The notes: generated from the sequence alone by a model not told the origin. A stretch of 64,000 bases of DNA from an uncultured Poribacteria bacterium (GCA_958296135.2 CATQHZ020000001.1:1568001-1632000), one strand, 5' to 3'. Shown: positions 37,377-47,195, numbered from the stretch's first letter. Numbers and translations: made by a program.

Positions 37377-38096
37377 ATGAATCGGAGACATTTTTTAATG
37401 AAAGGCGGCACCGCGTTGGCGGGGCTGTTCCTCGCGAATATGCCGTTGAGCCTTTACGCGGCGCACCACGAGCCCGCCGAAGGCGCCCATAAGTTGCCGG
37501 AGCTGCCCTACGCTTACGATGCGTTAGAACCGCACATTGATACCCTCACGATGACAATTCATCACGGCAAGCACCACCAAGGTTACGTCAATAAGCTCAA
37601 CGCTGCCCTTAAAGGGCACGATGAGCTCATGAAGATGTCGGTGGAGGACTTGCTGCGCCATATTGACAAAGTGCCGATGGATATCCGCCAAGCCGTTATC
37701 AACAGTGGCGGCGGGCACGCGAATCACTCCTTTTTCTGGAAGATTATGAGGCCCACCGGGGGGATGCCTCACGGCGAAGTTGCCGACGCACTCAAAGCAC
37801 GGTTCGGATCCCTCCAAGCCGCCGATGATCTGTTCGATCACACGATGCTAACTCTGTTCGGCTCAGGTTGGACCTGGCTCGTCGTTGATGAAAACAAGGC
37901 GCTGCAAATCTATGCCACCCCGAATCAGGATAGCCCGCTGATGAAGGGACACGCGCCGGTACTCGGACTCGATGTCTGGGAGCACGCCTATTACCTGAAG
38001 CACCAGAACCGCCGTTTGGACTACTCCGTAGCCTGGGGCAAGGTTATCAACTGGGAGCAGGTGAATACCAACTACGTTGAGGCAATGGCCCGGTAG
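37377..38096 (+). CDS. sodA: Tat-exported Mn(Fe) superoxide dismutase, copy 2
   Basis: RRHFL Tat motif; same metal ligands as copy 1; divergent C-terminal half. Confidence 0.93.
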   Translation: MNRRHFLMKGGTALAGLFLANMPLSLYAAHHEPAEGAHKLPELPYAYDALEPHIDTLTMTIHHGKHHQGYVNKLNAALKGHDELMKMSVEDLLRHIDKVPMDIRQAVINSGGGHANHSFFWKIMRPTGGMPHGEVADALKARFGSLQAADDLFDHTMLTLFGSGWTWLVVDENKALQIYATPNQDSPLMKGHAPVLGLDVWEHAYYLKHQNRRLDYSVAWGKVINWEQVNTNYVEAMAR

Positions 38097-38150
38097 GCGC
38101 GATGTCCCAATCGCGCACCGATCTCGCCCGATCTCGCACGAGGAACAACT

Positions 38151-39287
38151 ATGGAACGCAGAGATTTCCTGAAACAGTGCGGCATCACGCTTACCGCGCT
38201 GTTGCTGAGCCCTTGGAGCAGCTACGCCTTTCCGAGCCGGGAAGGCGAGGTGCTTATTCCCTTCGCAGCTCAGCCGCCGGCATCTGACAACAAACGGGTG
38301 CTACTTGATTGGAATCACCTCGATACGTTTATCACGCCGAACGAGAAGTTTTTCAACGTCTCGCATTATGGGAAACCCGAGGTAGACCTGGGTGTGTGGA
38401 GCCTTGAAGTGAGCGGTCTGGTTGACAATCCGCTGATGCTCACAATTGAGGATATCAAAGCGCGCCCGCGCCAAGAGGTAACCTTTACGTTGGAATGCTC
38501 TGGGAATCACGGGTTTCCCACGTTCACCGGGGCGATCGGCAATGCGAAGTGGGGCGGCACGCCGCTCGCACCGATTTTGAAGGAAGCGCGCGTCCAAGAA
38601 AACGGTATCGAGGTTATTTTCTTCGGGCACGATGTCGGCGAAGAGGAACGACGCGATGTCAAGATGCGCCAGAATTTCGCGCGGAGCATGTCCATCGCGG
38701 ACGCGCTAGGAGATACCGTCCTCCTCTGTTACGAGATGAACGGCGAACCGTTGCCGCATGCAAACGGCGCGCCGCTGCGCCTAATCGCGCCTGGTTGGTA
38801 TGGCATCGCGTGCGTCAAATGGCTCAAACGGATTGAGGTGCGCGATACCCGTTTCATGGGGAGGTTCATGGCGCGTGACTACGTCACGATGCGTGAGGAG
38901 AAACGTCCCGATGGCGAATCTGTCTGGATGGAAACCTCTGTCGGCCGAACGCAACTGAAATCGTTGGCGGCGAAGGTGACGTGCACCGACGATAAATACC
39001 GTATTTACGGGGCCGCGTGGGGCGCGCCAATTGATACCGTTGAGGTGAGCATTGATGGCGGCGTGTGGCAAAAAGCGACGATTGACACGACTGAATCCGC
39101 CGAATTCGCGTGGAAAATCTGGCACCTCAATTGGGATAACCCGATGAAAGGGGAACATACCGTCGTTTCCAGAGCCATCGATACGATGGGCAACATCCAA
39201 CCCGCGGGCGACTCTGCCTACATCACAGGCAAACACACCTATTGGGAGAGCAACGGCCAAATCGTCCGCCGCATCCACATCCCGTAG
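38151..39287 (+). CDS. Tat-exported sulfite-oxidase-family molybdopterin oxidoreductase
   Basis: RRDFL; TLECSGN, NGEPL..NGAPLRL and VKWL motifs; C-terminal dimerisation domain. Confidence 0.9.
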   Translation: MERRDFLKQCGITLTALLLSPWSSYAFPSREGEVLIPFAAQPPASDNKRVLLDWNHLDTFITPNEKFFNVSHYGKPEVDLGVWSLEVSGLVDNPLMLTIEDIKARPRQEVTFTLECSGNHGFPTFTGAIGNAKWGGTPLAPILKEARVQENGIEVIFFGHDVGEEERRDVKMRQNFARSMSIADALGDTVLLCYEMNGEPLPHANGAPLRLIAPGWYGIACVKWLKRIEVRDTRFMGRFMARDYVTMREEKRPDGESVWMETSVGRTQLKSLAAKVTCTDDKYRIYGAAWGAPIDTVEVSIDGGVWQKATIDTTESAEFAWKIWHLNWDNPMKGEHTVVSRAIDTMGNIQPAGDSAYITGKHTYWESNGQIVRRIHIP

Positions 39288-39366
39288 GCGCGCTTGTAAG
39301 GGCGGATGCCCTTAACTATCCGCCCGTTCCTCCTGTCTGAATTTGATATTAGGAGGCACTAACTTT

Positions 39367-40146
39367 ATGCACATTACTGATGGACAAAAACAGCAATTTC
39401 AAGAGGAAGGCTATTTCATCCTAGAGAACGTCATCCCGGAGCCGATGTTGGAACTCCTGCGCGGCGAATGCGGAACGTTTATCAGTCAGATGGATGCCGA
39501 GATGGACAGGATGCAAACGGATGTCCTTGGCATTAACCATCGCGACAAGCGGTATTTTGTCTCAAACTGCTTCCGGAAGCAGCCGAAACTGCGCGAATTT
39601 CTCTTCAGCAATCTGATGGCAGAGGTCTGCCGTGCTACCCTCGGCGACACCGCGTATCTCTTCTGGGAGCAGTATGTCGTCAAAGGCGCGGAAGCCGGAA
39701 TGAAGTTCAGTTGGCATCAGGACTCGGGATACGTCGGCTACCCAGACCACGAGCCGTATCTCACCTGCTGGTGTGCCCTTGACGATATGTCCGAAGAGAA
39801 CGGCACCGTCTATGTGATGCCGTTTTCGCAGATCGGCATCCGTTCGTGGGTGAAGCACATCCGCGAGGAGGGCAGCAACGACATGGTGGGCTATTTCGGG
39901 CCGGAGAAAGGCGTGCCGGCTATCGTGCCTGCGGGGAGCATTGCGGTATTTACCAGCATCAACTTCCACTGCAGCAGCACGAACCATACGAATAAACTGC
40001 GCCGCGCGTATCTCGCGCAGTATTCGGCGGAGCCGCTCCTCTCTCACGATGGTACGCGCCTATGGGGTAATGCGGAGCCGCTGTTGCGGGATGGAAAATC
40101 TGCTGTGGGAGAACCGCCGCCGGAGATTTCGTCGCGGTTTGATTAG
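39367..40146 (+). CDS. Phytanoyl-CoA dioxygenase-family Fe(II)/2OG enzyme
   Basis: WHQD, ALDD..ENG and FHCS..N..R motifs. Confidence 0.88.
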   Translation: MHITDGQKQQFQEEGYFILENVIPEPMLELLRGECGTFISQMDAEMDRMQTDVLGINHRDKRYFVSNCFRKQPKLREFLFSNLMAEVCRATLGDTAYLFWEQYVVKGAEAGMKFSWHQDSGYVGYPDHEPYLTCWCALDDMSEENGTVYVMPFSQIGIRSWVKHIREEGSNDMVGYFGPEKGVPAIVPAGSIAVFTSINFHCSSTNHTNKLRRAYLAQYSAEPLLSHDGTRLWGNAEPLLRDGKSAVGEPPPEISSRFD

Positions 40147-40154
40147 GGGAGTTC

Positions 40155-40439
40155 ATGACAATACAAGAATTCCAAAACCAGATCGAGGCAATCTACTATG
40201 AACGCGATGCTGAACGCGGTGTCCCGCTCACCTTCACGTGGTTCGTTGAAGAAGTCGGCGAACTCGCAAAGGAAATCCGCAAACATCCGCATGACATGGA
40301 ACGGCTTCGCGAAGAGTTTGCAGACGTGTTTGCATGGCTCGCCACGTTGGCGAGCCTGCTTGGCGTGGAGTTGGAGGATGCCGCGCAAATCTACGCAGAC
40401 AGCTGTCCGAAGTGCAAACATACGCCGTGCTGTTGTTAA
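40155..40439 (+). CDS. MazG-like nucleotide pyrophosphohydrolase
   Basis: EEVGELA and EEFADV motifs; C-terminal CPKC..PC. Confidence 0.88.
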   Translation: MTIQEFQNQIEAIYYERDAERGVPLTFTWFVEEVGELAKEIRKHPHDMERLREEFADVFAWLATLASLLGVELEDAAQIYADSCPKCKHTPCCC

Positions 40440-40640
40440 TTCCCATATATCGCGTCATTTCCCGTGTAGACGCACTTTGATGAAGTTTCAGGATGAAAAT
40501 GGACGATTTTCCAACCCCGAGGTCCGCATAGGAGAGTTCTCCCAGTCTCGATGCTTCGGATTTGGGACCAGGAGAACCCGCCTACCGCAAATGTCCGATT
40601 TATTTAACCTCGCTAAGCGCGCCATCTATGACGCAGCCTC

Positions 40641-42398
40641 TTATATCGTCTTGAGACAGCACTGCAAAGCAAGGTTCGCCGCAAGCGTATCAGTCAATGC
40701 AATATCCCGGCAGATGAACACGGAATCTTTTGATAACCGCAGGCGTTCTAAATCCGCTTCCGCCAACTTCTCGTCTAAACAGACGTGGCATCTCTGCGAA
40801 CTATCTGGCGTGGCGATGCGGAAAATGGTGTTTGCGGGCGGATATGAACGACATCCGCCCTTACCTTCTTTCTTTCTCAATTCACCGTTACCTTTTCCTA
40901 CGGGTTCAATCGTGCTATTAAGCGGGTATCCCTCCTTAAGCGCGATTTCATAAAGGACATCCTCAACGCGCCAACCTTCGCGGAGCGGATCGATGGTGTT
41001 CTCCAACTGTGCGATATACGTCTGTGCATCATCTGAGAGAATTTCGGCTGCAGTGCGATAATTAGATGCGGCAAGTTCAAAGACGCGGAAGCCTAAATCC
41101 GCGTTGAGGTTCTGACAAACGCGCCGAATTCGTTCTTTGCCAATCTCGGCGATAGTCTGAAATCCCGCCTTGCGTGCCGCCGATTTTTCCGGCGTGCGTT
41201 CCGGCAGTTGCACCATGATAAACTGCCGCCTGCCCGAATCCTCCCGATTGAGTGCCAGCACTGCCTGCGCTGTCGTGCAGGAACCGGCGAAGAAATCCAA
41301 AACAATCGAATCTCGCTCTGTGCTAAATTGGAGGAGGTGTCTAATCAACCCGACCGGTTTGGGATTCGTAAAGATACCATCTGCCTTGAGCAGTTCACGC
41401 AGTTGCGCCCTGCCGTGGCTGTTTTTCTCAACATCGGTTAGCAAACCGCGCGGGACTCTCCCGCTTGATTCATTCAGGTAGCGTTTATACTCCACGAGCC
41501 ACTTCCCTTTCTGTGTCTTTCTAAAGACGATCCGATTTTCCTTTTTCATCTGAAGGAAGCGCGATTCCTGTCGGTTCCACTCGTTGAAGACGAAAGAACC
41601 GTCCGGACATTCAATCCGATACTGCAACCCTGGAGAGGGATGATCTGGCCTTCCTCGCGTGAAGGCATCGGTTTTATAGGGCCCGCGAGATGCGTAGTGC
41701 TCGTCTTTTTGTGTGTAAGCGGCCCTCTCCTTTTCAGCGAGCGGATACCGAAACCGCCCGGTCACCGTTCGATCTTTCGCATAAGCGAGGATATATTCGT
41801 GGTTCAGCGCGAAGTGTTTGGCATCGTTACTTCCACTAGCATACCGTTGCCAGACCAGTTGTTGCAGGCAGTTTTCCTCGCCAAAAATTTCATTCATCAT
41901 GAAGCGGAGGTTGTAGCCCTCGCGGTCATCGATACTGACGAAGATGATGCCATCATCGGTGAGCAACTGCCGCGCGAGGAAGAGGCGCGGATACATCATC
42001 GACAGCCACGCCGAGTGGTAGCGGCCGCTTGTCTCTGGGTTGCTGGTTTGCAAATTGCCCTCGGTATCCAGCTGCCCGGAGAGTTGGAGATAAGTATCCA
42101 AAGGTTTCGCGTAGTTATCGGGGTAGACGAAATCGGTGCCGGTGTTGTAAGGCGGATCGATGTAGATGGCTTTGATGCGCCCGAAGTAGGGCTTGTAGAG
42201 GAGTTTCAGCACCTCCAGATTATCGCCTTCAATGAAGAGATTTGGGGTGCTGTCAAAATGCAGAGAAGCATCTCGGCGCGGCTTAAGAGTAGCCTCGGAG
42301 GGAACGCTGAGCAGGCGGAGAGCATCGCGTTTGCCTGCCCAGTTGAAGCCATACCTATTGGGTGGAGCAGCCTCGTTAGCGTTTACCCCCCCCCTCAC
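40641..42398 (-). CDS. mod: Type III R-M Mod-like N6-adenine DNA methyltransferase, orphan (no res gene in the window)
   Basis: EGDNLEVLK, IDPPYNTG and LDFFAGS motifs. Start uncertain: GTG 42398 or TTG 42434. Confidence 0.88.
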   Translation of the reverse strand: MRGGVNANEAAPPNRYGFNWAGKRDALRLLSVPSEATLKPRRDASLHFDSTPNLFIEGDNLEVLKLLYKPYFGRIKAIYIDPPYNTGTDFVYPDNYAKPLDTYLQLSGQLDTEGNLQTSNPETSGRYHSAWLSMMYPRLFLARQLLTDDGIIFVSIDDREGYNLRFMMNEIFGEENCLQQLVWQRYASGSNDAKHFALNHEYILAYAKDRTVTGRFRYPLAEKERAAYTQKDEHYASRGPYKTDAFTRGRPDHPSPGLQYRIECPDGSFVFNEWNRQESRFLQMKKENRIVFRKTQKGKWLVEYKRYLNESSGRVPRGLLTDVEKNSHGRAQLRELLKADGIFTNPKPVGLIRHLLQFSTERDSIVLDFFAGSCTTAQAVLALNREDSGRRQFIMVQLPERTPEKSAARKAGFQTIAEIGKERIRRVCQNLNADLGFRVFELAASNYRTAAEILSDDAQTYIAQLENTIDPLREGWRVEDVLYEIALKEGYPLNSTIEPVGKGNGELRKKEGKGGCRSYPPANTIFRIATPDSSQRCHVCLDEKLAEADLERLRLSKDSVFICRDIALTDTLAANLALQCCLKTI

Positions 42399-42521
42399 AA
42401 TAGTATAGTATATTCTGAAGTTTCTCCGCGTCAATTCTGCCTTCGGTGAGGCATTCGGGGAAGAGTTGCTTGAGTTGGCGGAGGCGTTCCGCGTTTGGGT
42501 TGCGGGTTGTTTTGGGAGTCT

Positions 42522-42731
42522 TCATTGGCGTTCCTCGTATTCGGGATTTATTTCTATCAGCATGTCCGTGGTGTATTCGGGCTCGTCATCGCCGTAGGCG
42601 TATGAAAGCATTTGGAGGGAGAAGCGCGCCCAGGCTGCACGTTCTTCCCATTCTTGCGCCACCTTGAGTGCATTCGGGACGACACGAGCATCATGCCTAC
42701 CATTCCAATTGGATTCGTCTGTCAGGACCAT
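42522..42731 (-). CDS. Small acidic protein, antitoxin-like
   Basis: W..FSLQ.L..AYGDDEPEY..NPEYE pattern. Confidence 0.55.
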   Translation of the reverse strand: MVLTDESNWNGRHDARVVPNALKVAQEWEERAAWARFSLQMLSYAYGDDEPEYTTDMLIEINPEYEERQ

Positions 42732-42966
42732 TTAATTTTTAGTTTTTGATGTCATCGATAAAAATCAACAACGGCCCCCATCCCTGTAGTTCAAGTTCGT
42801 CCGATCTTAACCTGTTCGGGCTCGGGCGAGCCCGAAGACAGATATGGGAGAACTGAATCGTCCTGAGCAGTTTCGCTGTTTTCTTGAGGTGTATGCCATC
42901 AGATTGGACATAAAAATTCACGACTAATCTGATTCCTCTTAACATAAGGTAGGATTTTTTTTGGAA

Positions 42967-44241
42967 CTAAATGCCCCTGAGTTCAAAGGCTTTCTGGAAG
43001 TCCACGTCCGCTTCTAGAGTTCGTCCCAAGTGCCTCTTGGCTTCTCCTCGACAGCGGTGAGCATAGGCATTGTCTGGATTGAGCCGGATCCCCACATCAA
43101 AATCGGCAATTGCAGCCGCATATTGCTCTAGTGCGCTCTTAGCGAATCCACGATTGAAGTAGGCATAGGCATCGTCTGGATTGAGCCGGATCCCCACATC
43201 AAAATCGGCAATTGCAGCCGCATATTGGCCAAGTTGCCCTTTGGCAAATCCCCTGATGAAATAGGTTTCGGCATCATTTGGATTGAGCCGGATTGCTGTG
43301 TTGAAATCGGCAATTGCAGCCGCATATTGCTCTAGTGCGCTCTTAGCGGATCCACGATTGAAGTAGGCATAGGCATCGTCTGGATTGAGCCGGATTGCTG
43401 TGTCGAAATCGGCAATTGCAGCCGCATATTGCTCTAGTGCGCTCTTAGCGAATCCACGATTGAAGTAGGCATAGGCATCATTTGGATTGAGCCGGATCCC
43501 CACATCAAAATCGGCAATTGCAGCCGCATATTGGCCAAGTTGCCCTTTGGCAAATCCCCTGATGAAATAGGTTTCGGTATCCTTCGGGTTTAAGCGAAGG
43601 GCTTGATCAAAATCGGCAATTGCAGCATCATAATGTCCAAGGCTGCCCTTTGCACGTCCGCGCATAGCGTAGACATAGGCATCGTCTGGTTTCAACCCGA
43701 TAGCAGCATCAAGATCGGCGATAGCAGCGTCATATTGTCCGAGGTCTCCCTTAACAATCCCACGTTTGCTGTAGGCTCCTGCATCATCTGGTTTCAGACG
43801 AATTGCCTCATCAAAGTCTGCAAGAGCAGACTCAAGTTGGCCGAGTAGGGACTTTGTAATCCCGCGATTGTTGTAAGAAAGCGGGTTATCAGGTTTGATT
43901 CGGATGGCCTCATCGTAGTCGGAAATAGCAGATTCGTGTTGCCCCAGCGCGTTCTTCAGGTTTCCGCGGTTGTGGTAGGCATCTGCATAATCCGGCTTAA
44001 GACGAATGGCCTCGTTGTATGCGGAAAGTTCTTCTTCCTCGCGATTGCTTTCCGAAAGGAGACTGCCGACAGATAACCAAGCATGCGCAGCAAGTTCATC
44101 GTTGATGCCCCCCGCGATAATCGCGATAGCGCGCCATTTCTCAAGAGCATCAACGATTTTCCCATCCTGTTGTAACAAGTAGGCATCAATGATAGCCCTA
44201 TCGACAAGAGGCAATTCGGACTTCTGCCGAATCGTTCGCAT
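42967..44241 (-). CDS. Long TPR protein with EKWR cap and recently expanded 102-bp repeats
   Basis: About 10 TPR units; near-identical DNA units at 43076-43640; RBS gagga. Confidence 0.88.
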   Translation of the reverse strand: MRTIRQKSELPLVDRAIIDAYLLQQDGKIVDALEKWRAIAIIAGGINDELAAHAWLSVGSLLSESNREEEELSAYNEAIRLKPDYADAYHNRGNLKNALGQHESAISDYDEAIRIKPDNPLSYNNRGITKSLLGQLESALADFDEAIRLKPDDAGAYSKRGIVKGDLGQYDAAIADLDAAIGLKPDDAYVYAMRGRAKGSLGHYDAAIADFDQALRLNPKDTETYFIRGFAKGQLGQYAAAIADFDVGIRLNPNDAYAYFNRGFAKSALEQYAAAIADFDTAIRLNPDDAYAYFNRGSAKSALEQYAAAIADFNTAIRLNPNDAETYFIRGFAKGQLGQYAAAIADFDVGIRLNPDDAYAYFNRGFAKSALEQYAAAIADFDVGIRLNPDNAYAHRCRGEAKRHLGRTLEADVDFQKAFELRGI

Positions 44242-44493
44242 AATTTCCTCGGAAACTCCAAATGTATTGGTATTACCAAGGTTTTTGATGATTTTTGTTA
44301 CCGGTTTTGTGCTCACAATTTCCCTCATTGTAGGGGATGGGCGCGAGAAATAAGGCATTTTTCACGCGCCTTCATTGGTGGGTCGACACGGACATCATCG
44401 CTGCCATCACTTGACTAGCTGGACGAATCCATCTCTTACGACACAGCAAACCCGGCCCCCCAATATCTGTGTTATCCAACCATTATCCAACGC

Positions 44494-44922
44494 CTATATC
44501 TCCGATGGTTCGGGAACGTGCTCATCCTCGTAATGCTCAATAAGCGTACCGATGAAGTCCATCAACGAGGCTAATATATGGTCTTCATCTTCGCCCACGA
44601 CATCAATTAAATCATTTAGAATTGTCACGAGCCATTCATAGTGATTTTCCGTCAATGAGGCGAAGAGGCGCGTTTCGCTTGTTCCAACGACATCAATCAG
44701 ATTTTCTAAGGCCGTTACAAGCGGTAGATAATTCGGACTAAGACTTCGGTTGAAGATCTCAAGGCCCGTTATTGATTCACTTGCTTCCGAATCGTTGGAT
44801 AGGGCCGAGACATCCAAGGGTTGGAACCTAAACACGCTAGGGTTTGGCTCGTCAACCGAAAGGTCGGCTCTAAAAGTCTCCGCTATCCGAGGAAAAGTCC
44901 GTGTAGTTGATTGGAACATCAT
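44494..44922 (-). CDS. HigA-like antitoxin lacking the C-terminal HTH
   Basis: LIDVVGEDEDH.LA.L..IG.LIEHYE motif; follows the HigB-like gene. Confidence 0.65.
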   Translation of the reverse strand: MMFQSTTRTFPRIAETFRADLSVDEPNPSVFRFQPLDVSALSNDSEASESITGLEIFNRSLSPNYLPLVTALENLIDVVGTSETRLFASLTENHYEWLVTILNDLIDVVGEDEDHILASLMDFIGTLIEHYEDEHVPEPSEI

Positions 44923-44923
44923 G

Positions 44924-45223
44924 CTACTCCTTCCAATTTCCTTTCTCATACTCGGCGTGGGTTAGCACAGCACGAATGTAGACTTTTTTCCTATCATAGT
45001 GTATGGCCGCGATAAGGCGAGGAGCTGTCTTGCCGCCAATGTCAAAAACTGTCAACTTGCCCACTTGATCTACCTTCTGTGGTGAGAACATCTGCAACAG
45101 TTCAGCAGGTACCAGGAAATCGTTCCGCTTCATCCTCCTATACCAACGATCAAGTCCAGGTTTGGCTGTTCTATCTTTCTGTTTGATGAACTCATTTAAT
45201 GACTTCCGCGAGATAACATGCAT
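44924..45223 (-). CDS. higB: HigB-family mRNA interferase toxin
   Basis: MHVISRK, VFDIGG..RLIAAIHY and VLTHAEY motifs. Confidence 0.88.
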   Translation of the reverse strand: MHVISRKSLNEFIKQKDRTAKPGLDRWYRRMKRNDFLVPAELLQMFSPQKVDQVGKLTVFDIGGKTAPRLIAAIHYDRKKVYIRAVLTHAEYEKGNWKE

Positions 45224-45433
45224 CGTAATTTCCACAAACCCTGGGAGGCGTGTCCCGTTTGTAGTTCTGCCTCTTCACCGTTAACCAATGCTTGAAGGCA
45301 ATTACGGCATAGTTTCGCAGAAATCCCCAACCAAGTACCAATTATTATACGATGAACGAGTCTATTTCGCAAGAAAAAAATTCACCGCGTTGAAAACTTC
45401 CGGTTGCAACAATTCTGCAGCGACTGATGCGCC

Positions 45434-46702
45434 TTAATTTGCATCCAAAAACCGCTCAAAATTCCCACCGAACAGATTCCCAACATCCCGCGCGATTTCC
45501 GAACGCGTCACACACCAACCTGCATCCAGCAACGTCTGATACTTCTCTGCCAAAACATCGGCGATGATCTGGCGCGAATGCTGCCATTTGTATACCAGCT
45601 GATCCAAGATGCGCGCATCCGAATGCTGCGGGATAACGCTCAACCCAAGCAACTCGAGCCGCTCACGCGTGATTTCCTCAATAATGCTCGGGTTGTTCAT
45701 AAACCACCAACACCCGAAAATCATCAGGTTTTTGAACTTCCGTCCGATGACGCATAACTCATGTTGGTTCTCGCGCGACAGAAGCGTTACCAAAAACTTA
45801 TTGTCGGGATGTTCGCGGAGTAACGCTTCTAAACTGCCCAGGTCCGCCTTCGCGCTCCCATCGCCGGCCATCTGGAGCTGTGGGTTTACGGCGCGCTTGA
45901 CACCAATCATCAGCGCAAACGGAACGTTGGATTCACGCGAGACCGGCAGGATGCAGTTGTCGAACACTCTACCGAGGATGCCATCATCCGGGTACCGGAA
46001 ATCCGGCGGCAGCGAGACTGCCATGTATTTCGGCTGCATCCGTTGAATCCACGTCTCCAAGAATCGGCGCACCCCTTTCTGTGCCTTTTTAGACGAGAGT
46101 GTTGCATCCACCTCATAACCGAGTCCGCGGAGGTGCTCATAGGCGGTTTCTGGGTAAGTATTGATTAGCACGTCCAGCCGAAGCGCGGCGTGAAAGCGCG
46201 CATCGCCTGTGTTCCCAGATTCCCATACCGGGGCCTCCGCCGCATCAAACGGATCATTCGTCATGACGACTTGTGAGACGTTCGCGCGTTCAAACACCGT
46301 GTCAATGAACGCCTCAGCGGAGGTATCCGCAAAGTAGTCGCGATAGTCCTGCAGGTTGCGCGCGCCGACATTCAACCCCAATTCGTTCAATGTCGTGACG
46401 ACACCGCGGCACGCCTCGCTCAGCGGCGAGTTTTCAATGAAAAGCGTCTGCCAGATGAGCGCCGCTTGTTCCGCCTTCGTCATCGCCCAAAATTGCTGAT
46501 ACGAGACATCAGATTGACGAAATACCTCTGCGATGAGGTAGTGATACGTCAACAGTTCGTCAATGCCCCACAGCAGCAATTCGCCGAAGGGTGGACTGAA
46601 CAGATGCGTGTGGATATCGGTGACGCTTTGCGCATGAACTGCCGCCGTAACGGCGGTTTTCAGTTCAGCTGCATTCGCAATGGGCTGCGTGCCATTGTTC
46701 AT
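45434..46702 (-). CDS. uxaC: Uronate (glucuronate) isomerase, amidohydrolase superfamily
   Basis: DIHTHL, LLTYHY, MTNDP, GCWWF and QHSDAR motifs. Confidence 0.88.
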   Translation of the reverse strand: MNNGTQPIANAAELKTAVTAAVHAQSVTDIHTHLFSPPFGELLLWGIDELLTYHYLIAEVFRQSDVSYQQFWAMTKAEQAALIWQTLFIENSPLSEACRGVVTTLNELGLNVGARNLQDYRDYFADTSAEAFIDTVFERANVSQVVMTNDPFDAAEAPVWESGNTGDARFHAALRLDVLINTYPETAYEHLRGLGYEVDATLSSKKAQKGVRRFLETWIQRMQPKYMAVSLPPDFRYPDDGILGRVFDNCILPVSRESNVPFALMIGVKRAVNPQLQMAGDGSAKADLGSLEALLREHPDNKFLVTLLSRENQHELCVIGRKFKNLMIFGCWWFMNNPSIIEEITRERLELLGLSVIPQHSDARILDQLVYKWQHSRQIIADVLAEKYQTLLDAGWCVTRSEIARDVGNLFGGNFERFLDAN

Positions 46703-46746
46703 TCTTCACTCTCCCCTAGGCGCGCTTTAGAAACGCGCGTGCAACT

Positions 46747-47187
46747 TCACTCTTCGGTAGTCGCGCTTTCCAAGCGCGCACGAATAAAAGTAACTACCGA
46801 TTCCGATGGCTGCGCGCCAAATCGGACGTAAACGCCCCGGAAATTCTCAAGCCGCGTCGGTTTCGCGAAAGGACTGAGCAGTATCCCATTCGCATCGACA
46901 TAAGAACTCCGAAACGCGGCCCAGGGCCGCGCCATCCGATAACAGCAAGCCGTGACGATGAGCCTATCTGCCTCGCACTGGTAGCGGAACGGCAGAAAGT
47001 ATTTGTAAAGTGAACCGAGCAGGAACAGTGCGGACAGAAAGACGATAGGAACAGACTTGAACCCCCAATAGATGCAGAGGAAAAGGAAACACAGGAAAAT
47101 CCCCAGCAGCGCGCTCCGTTTCCAATTCTCGACGAGCGGATGCACTGTCCATGAGAGTTGTTCGTCCGTTTGGTGCTGCGTTTCCAT
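46747..47187 (-). CDS. Conserved hypothetical membrane protein (two TM helices)
   Basis: SWTVHP and LSPF..PTRLENFRG; co-oriented with secG. Confidence 0.7.
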   Translation of the reverse strand: METQHQTDEQLSWTVHPLVENWKRSALLGIFLCFLFLCIYWGFKSVPIVFLSALFLLGSLYKYFLPFRYQCEADRLIVTACCYRMARPWAAFRSSYVDANGILLSPFAKPTRLENFRGVYVRFGAQPSESVVTFIRARLESATTEE

Positions 47188-47195
47188 TTTCTCGA

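Larger units (their letters stand above)
35837..38489. repeat. Tandem segmental duplication with period 1326 bp
   Basis: 35837-37162 is repeated as 37163-38489; the junction fuses oxidoreductase sequence to TPR 5' sequence. Confidence 0.92.

Noticed and set aside
36051-38096. Diversity-generating retroelement TR/VR pair
   Set aside because: The differences are not adenine-specific and there is no reverse transcriptase.
40198-40953. 251-aa ORF and other long antisense or overlapping ORFs (e.g. 41640-42449, 52353-53057)
   Set aside because: They are shadow frames overlapping well-supported genes and have no recognisable motifs.
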